Positions 25,356 to 38,020 of a stretch of DNA of 64,000 nt are shown here, in pieces. Source of the stretch: Felis catus (Eukaryota); the NCBI RefSeq assembly GCF_018350175.1, contig NC_058383.1, positions 5,024,001 through 5,088,000 on the forward strand, read 5' to 3'. Each line of letters opens with the position of its first letter. Positions within the stretch are counted from its first letter, which is position 1. The position numbers and the translations under genes were made by a program. The notes under the pieces are model-generated. The model did not search any database and was not told the DNA's origin. It saw only the letters and a list, made by a program, of their open reading frames with translations.

Positions 25356-25737
25356 ATGCCTCTAAAAATAGGATTTGGAACTTATCCCCCATGTGACCTA
25401 ATGCATGTCCCACTCGTGGGCAGGAAGTGAATGCTTTCCTGCCAGGCCTGTACCTCCCCGGGAGTCTGGGAAGGAATGCCTTCTCTGCCCCATTTCACAA
25501 GAGAATGTCAGCGGGCTTGGTGTAAGACCACTTTCTTCAGTCTGAAAACATGGCACGCTCTTCAAAACCGCAGCCAAGGAGGTTCGATTGGCTAGGGTGA
25601 TGATCCTGGGTGTTGACGCTTCATAAACAAAGTATGGTCAACTGTTAGTAATCGTGTTCTCCCTCCCCTCCACCTCCGTTCTGGGCTCTGTGGGGCTCAT
25701 AAAAGCAGTGAGGTCGCCTCATTAGGGAGATACTCAC

Positions 25738-26483
25738 ATCCTTTCAATGGTTAGAGCAGACAACAGAATTTGGCTGGTCGGCCCAATGTGTGGTTGAGAA
25801 TCATACATCAGACCCAAGCCGGCAGGCCATGGCTTGCAATGTTTGGCAATAGTAACTTTGGGTTTCCAGGATTTGCGGTAAGAATCGAGTATCTGCCTTA
25901 CATGTTGGGATCTCTCCCGGGGCTGGGACACATCCCAGTAGGTGTTGGCATAGGCTCTCAGATTCTCGTGAACCACACTTCCAGGTCCCTGCCTGGACGC
26001 TTCTATTGCAGAGTCCCTGTCTTGGCCCCAGGGAACTGGTTCCCAAAGATTTGCCGAGGAGCCCCTTCGGTGTGCCTGCCAGCTCGGTTGGGGGGGGGGG
26101 GCCTGGAGACCTGCGATTTGCAAGATAAATGTTTGAGGTGCAGGTGCTGGGCTGGAGGAGCATAGTTTCGCCTGCCCGCCCTGGGCAGAGACCTGAAGAC
26201 TCCTTAGACTTTGTCCTCCCAACTCACCCAGTCCAAGCCCCCCACCCCGCCCCGTCTCAGATGAATCCAACTATTCAGAGTCTCTGCTCCATCAAAGCAG
26301 ACGGTCTGGGAGTCTGGTCCTGCCGTGAGCCCTGACCAGCACCCGCCCTCCTCTCCCGGTGACCCCCGCAGCCCTCGCTGTATCGTCGAAGACCAAGTCC
26401 TCCCCTTTGGGGCCAACGATGGCAGCTCCCACTGCAGTCCCGAGCAGTAGCGGCCCGTCTTTTCCTCCCGGTTCTTTGCCCAA
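25738..26483 (-). pseudogene. Candidate exon of a decayed minus-strand gene (~250 codons, 2 stops)
   Basis: ORFs 26292-26483 and 25734-26270 are in the same frame, linked by *WSRDSE*. The segment ends at donor GAT|GTGAGT (25738/25737) and is non-repetitive. Confidence 0.45.
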
Positions 26484-27069
26484 GAAAGACTTTTATCACT
26501 ATGACTCAGTTGTTGAAAACAAACAACTTGTGAAAAACGGGTGCCTGAGTGGCTCAGTCAGTTAAGTGGCCCACTTCAGCTGAGGTCATGGCCTCACAGT
26601 TTGTGAGTTCGAGCCCCACGCCTGGAGCCTGCTTCAGATTCTATGTCTCTCACTCTCTCTGCCCCTCCCCCACTTGCACTCTGTCTCTCAAAAATAAATA
26701 AATGTTAACAAAAATTCAAAATGTGAAAAACTGAGGACAAAAAATTAGAGTTGAGTTTCGCTTTGCTGCTTGGAAGAATTTCCCTAATAAGTTCGAATGT
26801 AAGCCAAACCCCAGTTCCTTAAGATGACAAATGGGGAAAAGCCACATGAATTGGACTTACTATTAAGGGAGCGTATCGCTAGCAAAACAGACAGCAAGTT
26901 ACTGGGAATGCTGGCGGTGACAATGAGAGTGTCCCAGTCCGTGGTGGTGACGGATGGCCCACCCTGTACCTCTTGTCACCCTGGGAGCTGCAGCCCTGAT
27001 GCTTTCCCTGAAGGCTCCAGTCTTTGTAGCCCTCTGGCCTCCAGACCTCTGCTCCTCTCAGCCTGGCCT

Positions 27070-27495
27070 TTTTCCTCCCTCCCTCCAGCCCTCCCCTCCC
27101 CTCCCCTCCCTCCTTCCCATCCTCCCTTTCTTCCCTTTCTTCCTCCCTCCCTCCCTCCCTTCCTCTTACTCTCCCTCCCTCCCTTTCTTCCTCCTCCCCT
27201 CCCACCTATCCTCCCCTCACCTCCCTCTCTCCTGTTCTCCCTTCCTTCCTCCCTCTCTCCCCTTTCCTCCCTCCCTCCCTCCCTTCCTCCCTCCTTCCCC
27301 CCTCCTTCACTCCCATCCTCCCTTCTTTCCTTTCTCCCTTCCCCATTCTCCCCTCCCCTTCCTTCCTTCCTCCTTCCCTCCCCTCTTCTCCTTTCTTTCC
27401 TCCCTCTTCCTTCCTTCCTTCCTTCCTTCCTTCCTTCCTTCCTTCCTTCCTTCCTTCCTTCCTTCCTTCTTTCCTTCCCTCCCTCCCTCTTTGCC
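27070..27495 (+). repeat. Polypyrimidine (CCTT/CCCT)n low-complexity tract
   Basis: About 425 nt that is almost purely C/T. Confidence 0.95.
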
Positions 27496-28099
27496 TTTTG
27501 TCACCAGCCTGCTTTCCTTTCCCTTCCAAACTGCCAGCACTGACTGATTTCCTGAGTTTCCCTGTCTTTAGGTCAGGCACAGTTTCTCTGGTTCCTTATA
27601 ACCCCCCCCCCCCCAAATATGAGTGTTCATCCTATTCAAGATTTCCCTGTAATTCCCAGGAAGAGAAAGAATATGAGGCAGCCAGAAAGAAGAAATGGGG
27701 GGGGGAGGGGCGAGTGGGTGTTTAAGGGGTACAGAGTTTCAGTTTGGGGTGATGAACATGTCCTGTGGGTGGATATGTGATGGTCGCACTGTGATGTGAT
27801 GTACTCAGTGTCCCTGAACCGGATGCCCACACATGGTTAATTTTATGTGAGGTATATTTTACCCCAATAAAAACTTTTTAAAAAAATTTTAAGGAGGAAT
27901 GATCAAGGCCGTGGAGTCTGGTGAGACCCAGCTGGATGCGTGCCCTGTGGCCCCAGGCTTCCTTTCTTACTTGGTTGTGGGCAGACCTTTGAGCCCTCTC
28001 TGTCTCTGCCTCTGTCTCTGTCTCTATCTCTGTCTCTGTCTCCCTTATTCCTGAGCATGGAGTGCCTGCTCTGTTGCCCTGGCTACAGACTTTAACCCT

Positions 28100-28465
28100 C
28101 TATATGGACTGAATTCTGTGCCCCTCCCTTCATATGTTGAAGCCCTAACCTCCAAGGTGATGATATTTGGAAATAGGGCCTTTGGGAGGAGGTTATTTTT
28201 AGATGAAGTCATGAGGGTGGCACCCCCATGATGGGAATAGCATCTTCATAAGAGGAGGAGACCCGAGCACACTGTTTCTTCACCATGTGAGGACACAGCA
28301 AGGAGGTGGCCATGTACAAGCCAGGAAGATGGCCCTCACCCAGAATGGAACCTCCTGGTACCTCGATCTTGGACTTGGAGCCTCCAGAGCTGTGGGAAAT
28401 AAATGTCAATTGTTTAAGCTGCCTGGTCTGTGGTGTTTGTGATAATGGCCAAGGATGATGAAGGC
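28100..28465 (+). mobile_element. MaLR (MLT1-type) solo LTR
   Basis: tatggactgaattctgtgcccc..catatgttgaagccctaacc..gatcttggacttggagcctccagagctgtgggaaataaat..gtctgtggtgtttgtgata. Confidence 0.8.
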
Positions 28466-29089
28466 ACCCTCAGAGCCAATGCGCTTTACCTGCAGGGATG
28501 GATGTCTGCAGACCTGGGGCCCCCATTTCTGAACCCCCTGCTTCTCAGAGGGAAGGGTGCCTGAAAGGCTGGCTGGTACTTCTTAGAGAGTATGCCCCCC
28601 AAAGTGCCAAGAAAATCACCTCCTTTTTTTAATTAAAAATCTTTTAAATTATTTTTTTTAAGGTTTATTCATTTTTGAGAGACAGAAAGAGCATGAGTGG
28701 GGGAGGGGCAGAGAGAGAGGGAGACACAGGATCCAAGGCAGGCTCCAGGCTGTCAGCACAGAGCCCGACATGGGGCTCGAACCCACAAAACGAGATGATG
28801 GCCTCAGCCGAAGTCGGATGCTTAACTGACTGAGCCATCCAGGTGCCCCGATAGTCACCTCCTATCTTACTGCTATGGAGGCCCATGGGGGAATCACAGA
28901 TAAAACACAGACACACACACAGACATGAGTGCCTTTCTTCTCATAGGAACTTTCCAATGTTGCCTTGGCCCTCAAGCTTAGAGAAGAGAAGGAAGCTAAC
29001 GTGGCCTGGCATCCATATGTGGATGTCACTCTTTTTGGGGTAATGAAAATGTTCTACATTTGACTGTGGTGATGGTTCTACAACCTTAA

Positions 29090-29232
29090 TTATATATAAA
29101 TAATATCATATAATATATAAACACATATAAATGTATAAGATATATAAATACATGTAATATATATTATATATTATTATATAACATATATTAATATATAAAT
29201 TGATTATATAACAATTTATATATATATATATT
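29090..29232. repeat. AT-rich low-complexity tract
   Basis: Degenerate (TA)n. Confidence 0.85.
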
Positions 29233-29726
29233 TTTTTTAAGTTTTATTTATTCTATTTAGTAATCTCTATACCAATGTGAGGCTCGAACTCAACTCTGAG
29301 ATCAAGAGTTCTGTGCTCCACTGACTGAGCCAGTCAGGTGCCCTAAAGAATTGTACCCTGTAATGGATGAACTGTAAATGGACAGATTGTGTTGTATGTT
29401 GTGTAAGTTGTATCTCAATAAATCTGTGTAAATGTAACCAGTAATTCTATGCTAGAGTCAATTAAACTTTTTTTTAATGTTAATTTGTTTTTGAGAGTGA
29501 GAGGGAGACGCAGAATCCGAAGCAGGCTCTAGGCTCTGAGCTGTCAGCACAGAGCCCAACACGGGGCTCGAACTCACAAACTGTGAGACCACGACCTGAG
29601 CTAACGTCAGCCACTTTACCGACTGAGCCATCCAGGCTCCCCTATGCTAGAGTCAGTTAAAGGGGAGAGATGAAGGGGGTAATAGGATGGGATCGAGGGA
29701 AGCCTGAGTTACAGACATGCTGTACG

Positions 29727-29910
29727 CAGTGGTTCTTGGTGAGGGGTGGAGAGTAGCTGTACTGAGCCCTAGGGGGCATTTGGAAATGCGGATGTTGGTT
29801 GCTTGACTCCTCGACTTGGGAAGTGCAGTTGGCATTGAGGGGGTGAGAGCCAGAGAAGCTAAGCATTCTGCAATGTCTACATTAGTCATGCACACTAAAA
29901 ATGGTCTCAC
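29727..29910. mobile_element. MER20-like hAT DNA transposon remnant
   Basis: cagtggttctt...ctagggggcatttggaaatg...gaagctaagcattctgcaatg. Confidence 0.5.
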
Positions 29911-30207
29911 CTCCTAGCACCCCATTTCCTAACCTCTCCCTCTAACCAAAAATCTCTGCTCAGGGGAGATTTCTTTTCTTTCTTTCTTTTTTTTAAATTT
30001 TTTTTTTCCCAGTGTTTGTTTATTTTTTAAGAGACAGAGACAGAGCATGAGCAGGAGAGGGGCAGAGAGGGAGACACAGAATCCAACAGGCTCCAGACTC
30101 TGAGCTGTCAGCACAGAGCCCGATGCAGGGCTCAAACTCACCAGCTGTGAGATCATGACCTGAGCAGAAGTTGGATGTTTAACCGACTGAGCCACCCAGG
30201 TGCCCCA

Positions 30208-30420
30208 GCAAATTTCAGTTATACAATACAGTGTTATCAAATATAGTCACCATGGTTACATTAGATTCTCAGACCTTATTTATCTTGTAGCCAAGAGTTT
30301 GTACCCTTTTACTAGCCTTCGCTGTTTTCCCCGCTCTGTAACCCCTGGCAACAAGTTTTCTACTTTCTGTTTATATGAGTTTGACTTTTTCTTTTTAATG
30401 TTTATTTATTTATTTTGAGA

Positions 30421-30468
<48 letters not shown>

Positions 30469-31675
30469 CCCAAGCAGGCTCTGTGCTGTCAGTGCAGAGC
30501 CCGACGCAGGGCTTGAACTCAAGAACTGTGAGATCATGACCTGAGCCGAAATCAAGAGTAGGACACTTAACCGACTGCGCCACCAAGCTCCTCAACCTTT
30601 TTTTTTTTGGTAGATTCCACATAAAAATGATACCATGCAGTATTTGTCTTCCTCTATCTGGCTTATTTCACTCAGCATAATGCCCTCAAGCACCATGCAT
30701 GTTATTACAAAAGACAGACTTTCCTTCTTTCTCATGGATGAATAATCTTATCATAGATATACACACCACATCTTCTTTATCCATTCATCCATTGATGGAC
30801 GCTTAGGTTGCTTTCAGATCTTGGCTATTGTAAATAATGCTGCTTTGAGCACAGGAGTGTAGGTATCTCTTCAATATCCTGTTTATATTTCCTTTGGATG
30901 TATACCCAGCAGTGGGAGTGCCGGATCATATGGTGGTTCTATTTTAGTCTTTTGAGGAATCTCCATACTGTTTTTCTTAGTAGCTGCACCAATTTACATT
31001 CCCGCAAACAGTGCAGGAAGGTTCCCTTTTATCCTCATTCTTGCTAATGCTTATTCTTGTTGTCTCTTGTTTTTTTAAAAACATTTTTTATTAAAAATTT
31101 TTTAACATTTATTTTTGAGAGACAGAGACAGAGCATGGGTGGGGGAGAGGCAGAGAGAGAGAGGGAGAGACAGAATCTGAAGCAGGCTCCAGGCTGTCAG
31201 CACAGAGCTGGACGCGGGTCTTAAACCCACAAACTGTGAGATCATGACCTGAGCCGAAGTCAGACGCATAACTGACTGAGCCACCCAGCCACCCCGTCTC
31301 TTGTCCTTTCGATGACAGCCAATGTGGTAGGTGTGAAGTGATGTCTCACTGTGGTCCTGGTTTGCATTCCCCTGATGATGAGTGATGTTGAGTGCCTTTT
31401 CACGTACCTGTTGGCCACTGGTATGTCTTCTTGGCAAAAAATGGCTGTTCAGTTTCTTCTGCCCAGTTTTAAGTTGGATTTATTTGTTTTCCCATTGAGT
31501 TGCGTGAATTCTTTGTAGCTTTTGGATACTGACATATTATCACATGGATGGTTTGCAAAGACCCTTTCCCATTCCATAGGTTGACTTTTCATGTTGTTGA
31601 TGGTTTCCTTTACTTTGCAGAACACTTTTAGTGTGATGTAGTCTATTTTTGCTTTCCTCGCCTTTGCTTTTGGTA
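30208..31675 (-). mobile_element. L1 3' fragment with two nested SINEs
   Basis: Antisense L1 3'UTR/ORF2 motifs: gattccacataaaaatgataccatgcagtatttgtc, ttttgaggaatctccatactgtt, gcattcccctgatgatgagtgatgttgag. Confidence 0.8.
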
Positions 31676-32265
31676 TCTTACATCCGCTTTTGATTCTTGC
31701 ACCAGGTCAAACTAAGCCAAGAGCTGGTCTGTCCTTCGGCACAGAGGTTCTTGCTTCTCTAAGACCTATTGGCTCTGGTTTCTTCCGTGGGGTGTTGTCC
31801 AGGTTTCATTAGTATTTGTTTAGAGGTTATTTTTAGCTGGCTGGACCAGTTTTGAGGTAAATCTTTTGGGTACTTGCCTGGCATTATTTTTTTAAAACTG
31901 ATCATGACTATTTTAAACTGAGTATAAGTTCTAAGGCAGAAACATTTCCTTTTTAAGGCGCTGTTTCTCTGGCAGTCATAAAGACTAATCCAAAAGATTA
32001 GCAAAAATAGCCGCTTGTTAAATAGCTTGAATCTGGGAAATGCAGGCGCTTCTGTTCAATGAACCTTTCTGGGGTAAGAGAAGGAAAGAAGAAAAATCAA
32101 GGATTGCTCTGGACATCCATGGATAGTGGTCTTTACTGTAACCAAGATTTCTTTAAACAAATAAACAAACAAACAGAAAGCTTACCTTTATCAACGATAA
32201 ACAGCATATACCTGATCCCAAAATACATCACCAAAAATTTAAGTTAAAGCAGTAAGTAGTCTGCT

Positions 32266-33756
32266 GGGGAGAAAAGCTCTTTCCTTTCCATCTGGTGCTA
32301 GTCATGAGCTCAAAGGTAAGCCAGGATGGGTGCCTACAGGTACATCCAGGACTATGGAGGAAGCAGCAGTCTGATGTAATGCGCGCTTTTTTTTTTTTTT
32401 AATTTTTAACGTTTTATTTATTTTTGAGAGAGAAAGCACAAGCGGGGGAGGGACAGAGAGAGAAGGCGCAGAAGGTCTGAAGCGGGCTCTGCCCTGAGAG
32501 CAGCATGCCCGATGTGGGGCTCGAACTCATGAACTTCAAGATCAGGACCTGAGCTGAAGTCGGATGCTCACCCAACTGAGCCACCCCAGCACCCCGTGAT
32601 ACAATGTTGGCAGCTCTCTGCGCTCCACAGGACGCCCCCTCCGCCCAACCCAGCATGCAGACTGGGGTACAAGGCCAACCAAGCTTATGTCACGTGTTGG
32701 ATTTGTGTGCAACGTGGTGGCCACAAACTCCCAGTGCCGAAGGGTGTCGCCTACGGCAAGCCCGCCCATCATGTCCACCGTGGTGTCAACCAGCTAGAGT
32801 CGCAGAGGAGAGAGCTGGACGCCACTGTGGGGGCTCTGGCAGTCTTGAATTCCTGCTGGGTTGGCTAAGATTCCACGTACAAATTCTCCTGAGGTTATTC
32901 CCATTGATCCATTCCATAAAGCTACCGGAAGAAACCCTGACGCCCAGTGGATCACCAAACCAGTGCACAAGCACAGGGAGACCGAGGGCTGACATCCACA
33001 GGGCGGAACACGGTCACAAGTCCCAACACACCTTGGTGCTTCTCGCCAGGGACATATAATTACCGTTACCCATAATGTAAGTACTGTTTGTAAAATTCTC
33101 ACCTAATAAACAACTTTGGATAGTCATGTCTGCTGAAAACTGTTCTTTAATTTGTCTGTTAAAATGAGTTGTCTGCTGGGGCGCCCAGGTGGCTCAGTCG
33201 GTTAAGCGTCCAACTTCGGCTCAGGTCATGATCTCATGGTTTGTGAGTTTGAGCCCTGTGTGGGGCTCTCTGCTGTCAGTACAGAGCCCGCTTCGGATCC
33301 TCTGTCTCCCTCTGTCTTTACCACTCCCCAGCTAACGCCATCTCTCTCTCTCTCAAAATGCTGTTTGGCACAACAGGTGTAAAATAAATTCTGTAAAAGT
33401 GGGGTGCAGAAGCCATCCATGCAGATTTGTTGGTGCGTGCATTGAGACCTACAGCTTCCCTGCGGTGATGTAACTGTCTGCCCGTTTACTCTCAGATGGC
33501 TGTTTTTAGGGGCGTGGTAAGAACAAGCATGTTACACTGGATTTTGCTTGGACATGTGAAGAATATCCCCATCTTTCGTCGCAATCATGTGCAGAATAAT
33601 AAAGCCACCTAGGTAGGGCCCACAGTTTTAGGCCGAATCCTATATTCTGTGTATGTAATGGCTGCTTCTGAGAAAATGCCACCATTTTTAGGAGAATTGA
33701 ATAAACCTGTTACAAGAGGGTTCTCTTACAAATGAAAATAAATCCTGCTTAACCTA

Positions 33757-33795
<39 letters not shown>
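32266..33795 (+). pseudogene. RPL15: RPL15 processed pseudogene (5'TOP leader, disrupted CDS 32326-33075, extended 3'UTR, poly(A)), interrupted by two SINEs
   Basis: ctctttcctttcc TOP-like leader and ggtaagccaggATG. Fragments read [108 protein letters not shown]. No introns; frameshifts and stops present. AATAAA at 33737-33742, then A36 at 33760-33795; AGTCTGCT flanks both ends (32258-32265, 33838-33845). Confidence 0.95.
32387..32595 (-). mobile_element. CanSINE inserted into the RPL15 pseudogene CDS
   Basis: Poly(T) begins right after ...GATGTAATGCGC (DVMR); RPL15 homology resumes at about 32600. Confidence 0.9.
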
Positions 33796-33798
<3 letters not shown>

Positions 33799-33837
33799 AG
33801 GGAGGGAGGAAGGAAGGAAGGAAGGAAGGAAGGAGGG
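33796..33837 (+). repeat. (GGGA)/(GGAA)n microsatellite after the retrocopy poly(A)
   Basis: Direct reading of the sequence. Confidence 0.9.
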
Positions 33838-35569
33838 AGTCTGCTAAACTCTTTCGGGTCAATCCCGTACATCCCTGGTTTATCTCAGTGGGTTTCATTG
33901 GTTTCTGCCTCTTTGGGAATCAATTGATCTGCAGGTCCTCCTTATAGTTTTAGGGGTCCAGGTCTTAGCCTCCCTCAACCCCAGCAGCCACAGGCCCAGA
34001 AGCAGACTTTGTCTTCAAAGGGTTGTAGGTGGGGCGCCTGGGTGGCTCAGCAAGTTGAGCCTCCGACTCTTGATTTCAGCTCAGGTCATGATCCCAGGGT
34101 TGTGAGACTGAGCCCCGCGTCGGGCTCTTGCACTGAGCCCGGAGCCTGCCTGGGATTCTCTCTCTCTCTGTCTCTCTCTTTCTCTCTCTCAAAACAACAA
34201 AAACAGAAAAACCCCACAACAACTAATTTTCAGCCTCATATGTGACCACTTGGGGTGCTGGGAAGGATCATTCTTTAGCGGTAAAGTTCAGATCTGGTTA
34301 TTGGCATGATCACCAGCTTTGGTGGTTAAAGAGAAAACATCATGAGGGGAAGATCCATGGCAAATAGTCAAGGATGAGAATCAGAAGATGTGCAGTGAGT
34401 ACATTCTGTACACAAAGATTTAAAAGATGAAAATAGTAAGCTTATGTAGTTGGTCAACCAATGACATCTGAGTGCTTACCGGTGTAAGTGTGTGGGTTCT
34501 CACATGAGGCTGCCTGGGCGGGAGGCCCAGCCCCGTCCCTTCGAAGCTATGGCCACCGGTGGTATTGAAGATCGCGGACAACTCTCAAATGGGCTGAAAG
34601 AAGGTCTACTGAGTTTATTTGGACAGTAAGTTTGAGGCATGCTGGGAGACCTGAGAACTATCTAAAATGGCACTTGTGTTCTTTAAAAAAAAATTTTTTT
34701 AACGCTTTATTTTTGAGAGAGGGAGAGACAGAGTGCGAGTGGGGGAGGGCAGAGAGAGAGGGAGACACAGAATCTGAAGCAGGCTCCAGGCTCTGAGCTG
34801 TCAGCACAGAGCCCAATGTGGGGCTCGAACCCACAAACCATGAGATCATGACCTGAGCCGAAGTCGGAGGCTTAACCAACTGAGCCACCCTGGCGCCCCT
34901 AAAAAATGAACCATTGTACAGTAAACAATTCAATGGTAATGGTAATTTAGCACATCCATGATGTCGTGCAAACACCACCTCTCTCTAGTTCTAAAACGTT
35001 TTCATCACCCAAAAGGAAACTCGTACGCACTAAGCAGTTGTTCCCCGTTCCTTCCTCCCTGCTGGCAGCTGCCACTCTGCATTCTTTTTTATGGATTTAC
35101 TTATCCTGGATATTTCGTGTAAATGGACCTATTTCATGTATATGTGACCTTTTGTGACTGGCCTCTTTCATCTAGCGTGTTTTCGAGGTTCATCCACACT
35201 GTAGCATGTATCACTACTTTTCTCTTTATTACTGAATGGTATTCCTTTGTATGGACATACCGCGATCTGTTTGTCCATTCAGGTGATGTACATTTGGGCT
35301 CTTTCCGGACATGAAATTCAATGAATGCACGTGAATTTCACTGAAGTTCCTAGATCTGGAGTTTGTAGATGAATATCCTTTGGGGACTTTTATTCTCCTA
35401 GGATTCATTTTTATACTTGACATTTGGAAAACGTTGTTCTCTTCTTCAAGATCAGAAAATAAGGTCATTGTTTCTTTGGTCGACTCCCTAGTATTTTATT
35501 CCAAGCCATGCAAAATGTTTGTTTTGTTGGCAACTTTCTCCGACTTCAGTTGCATACACTGTATGTATC

Positions 35570-35733
35570 AGTGCTTCTCAAGCTAGAATGACCATAAGAG
35601 TCACTGGAAATATTTAATAGCCATGCAGATGGCCAGGTCCTATCCCCAGATAGCCCAATTTAGAACGGCTGGGTGGAATCTGCATCTTTTCATGCCCCAA
35701 GGTGGTTTATGGACAAGACTTTGTGAAACAGTG
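35570..35733. mobile_element. MER5-like hAT-Charlie MITE
   Basis: cagtgcttctcaa ... ttgtgaaacagtg inverted ends and internal gaatctgcatc. Confidence 0.55.
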
Positions 35734-36244
35734 ATATGTACAACTGTCCTGAGTTAGCCAATAAAAATATAGCAGATTGGATGATGGAACTTCTTTGACA
35801 TATCACGTTGAAAAATATGTTTGAAATAATTCATTAAAGTCCCAAAGAAGCCATCACCATAAAATATATGTTAAGGGGCGCCTGAGTGGCTCAGTTGGTT
35901 GAGCCTCTGACTCTCGATTTCGGCTCAGGTCATGATTCCAGGGTCGTGGGATTGAGCCCCACGCTCAGCACGGAACCTGCTGGCGATTCTTTTTCTCCCC
36001 CTGCCCCTCTCCCTGGCTCATGCGCTCCCCCTCTCTCTCTAAAATAAAAAAAATACATATATATGTGTTAAATGAAAATGAAAGAAATATTTTAAAAGTT
36101 TTGGTGAAAGTAGGATTTGTTAATATAATGGAATCATTATAGAGGGATGCCTAGGTGACTTAGTTGGTTGAACGTCCAGCTCTTGATTCAGCTCAGGTCA
36201 TGATCTCACGGTACATGGGATCGAGCCCGTGGTGGGCTCTCTCA

Positions 36245-36380
36245 AAATAAATAATTATTAAAATATATAATTATTTTATATATAAAATATATATTTTATA
36301 TATAAAATATATAATTATTTTATATATAAAATATATAATTATTAATTAATAAATAAATAATTATTAAAAAAATAATTATA
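36245..36380. repeat. AT-only low-complexity tract containing a perfect 38-bp palindrome
   Basis: 36272-36309 tattttatatataaaatatatattttatatataaaata equals its own reverse complement. Confidence 0.9.
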
Positions 36381-36384
36381 GATT

Positions 36385-36661
36385 CACAGGGAGTTATAAA
36401 AAATTGTATAGGGAGGTCCCCTATACCTTTCATCCTGTTGGGCCCAATGGAAACATCTCATATAACTATAGTACCACATATAGTATTGTATGTAACATAT
36501 ATATTACACATTTACATATTAAGTATTACATTAAATATTTTCGTATTTATATGTAATATATATGTCACATGTGTTACATATATACGTGTACTAATATGTT
36601 ATCAAGAAATTGGCATTGATATAATGTATAGAGTCAATTCATATTTCACCAGTTTTACTCA

Positions 36662-36700
<39 letters not shown>

Positions 36701-38020
36701 CTCAGTGCAACTTTATCGCATATGTAGACTCATGTATACCCTGTAACAATTAGCACAGAATTGCTTCATCACTGCAAGGGTCTCTTGTGTTATTATTTTT
36801 CTAGGCACACCTACCTTTCTGTCTGCCCACAGTCCCTGGCAACCACTAGCCCTAATCTGTTTTCCTAATATAGCATGTAACTTTTTGAGAGTGACTTTTT
36901 TCATTTGGCATAATTTCCTGGAGATTTATCTGAGTTGTTGCATTGTATTAATAGTTGATTCTTTTTATTGATGTATACGGTTCCATGGTATAGATAAACC
37001 AAAGATTGTTTAACCATACACCTGTTCAAAGACATTGTGTGGTTTCCAGTTTGAGCTATTACAGATAGAGCTGCTATGAACACCCATGCACAGGTTTTTA
37101 AATTAAAAAAAATTTTTTTTTCTTTTTTTTAGAGAGAGAGTGCACGAGCTGGGGAAACGGGCAGAGGGAGAGAGACAGAGAATCTTAAGCAGGCTCCACA
37201 CTCAGCTCGGAGCCCAATATGGGGCTTGATTCCACGACCCTGGGATCATGACCTGAGCCGAAATCAAGAGTCAGACGCTCAACTGACTGAACCCCCCAGG
37301 TGCCCCAGCCATGTACGGGTTGTTATAGGGACACACATTTCCATTTCTCCGGGATAAATGCCTCGAAGTGCAATTGTTGGGTCACATGGTAAGTGCGTAT
37401 TTAGTTTTTTATTTATTTATTTATTTATTTTTAATTTTTTTTTTTAACGTTTATTTATTTTTTGAGACAGAGAGAGACAGAGCATGAACGGGGGAGGGTC
37501 AGAGAGAGGGAGACACAGAATCTGAAACAGGCTCCAGGCTCTGAGCTGTCAGCACAGAGCCCGACGCGGGGCTCGAACTCGCTGTCCGCGAGATCATGAC
37601 CTGAGCCGAAGTCGGCCGCTTAACTGACTGAGCCACCCAGGCGCCCCATGCGTATTTAGTTTTTTAAGAAACTACCAGACTGCTTTTCCAGAATGGCCGT
37701 GCCATTTTAGATTCCCACCAGCAATGCGTGATTGGTCCAGTTTTTCCTCATCATTGACAGTATGTGGTATTGTCACTCTTTTTATTTTTAGCCAGTGACA
37801 TATTTCTCATTATGGTTTTCATTTACATTTCCTTATTGGTTAATGATAGTAAAACACCTTTTCATGTGCTCATTTGCCATCTGTATATCCTTTTGGGTGA
37901 AATATCCGTGCATGGCTTTTATCCATTTTTAAATTAGATACTTTTTGATTTGTTTTTATTGTGTTGATTGTTCTTTTACTGTTGAATTTGGAGAGATATT
38001 TATGTATTCTAGATATTCCA
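36385..38020 (-). mobile_element. Old L1 (L1MC/ME-type) fragment with SINE insertions
   Basis: Antisense L1 motifs: ggtttccagtttgagctattacagatagagctgctatgaaca, cttttcatgtgctcatttgccatctgtatatcctt. Confidence 0.7.
36665..36698 (+). repeat. (TG)n microsatellite
   Basis: Direct reading of the sequence. Confidence 0.9.

Noticed and set aside
26824..27580. 239-aa and 197-aa Pro/Ser/Leu/Phe ORFs
   Set aside because: Low-complexity polypyrimidine tract.
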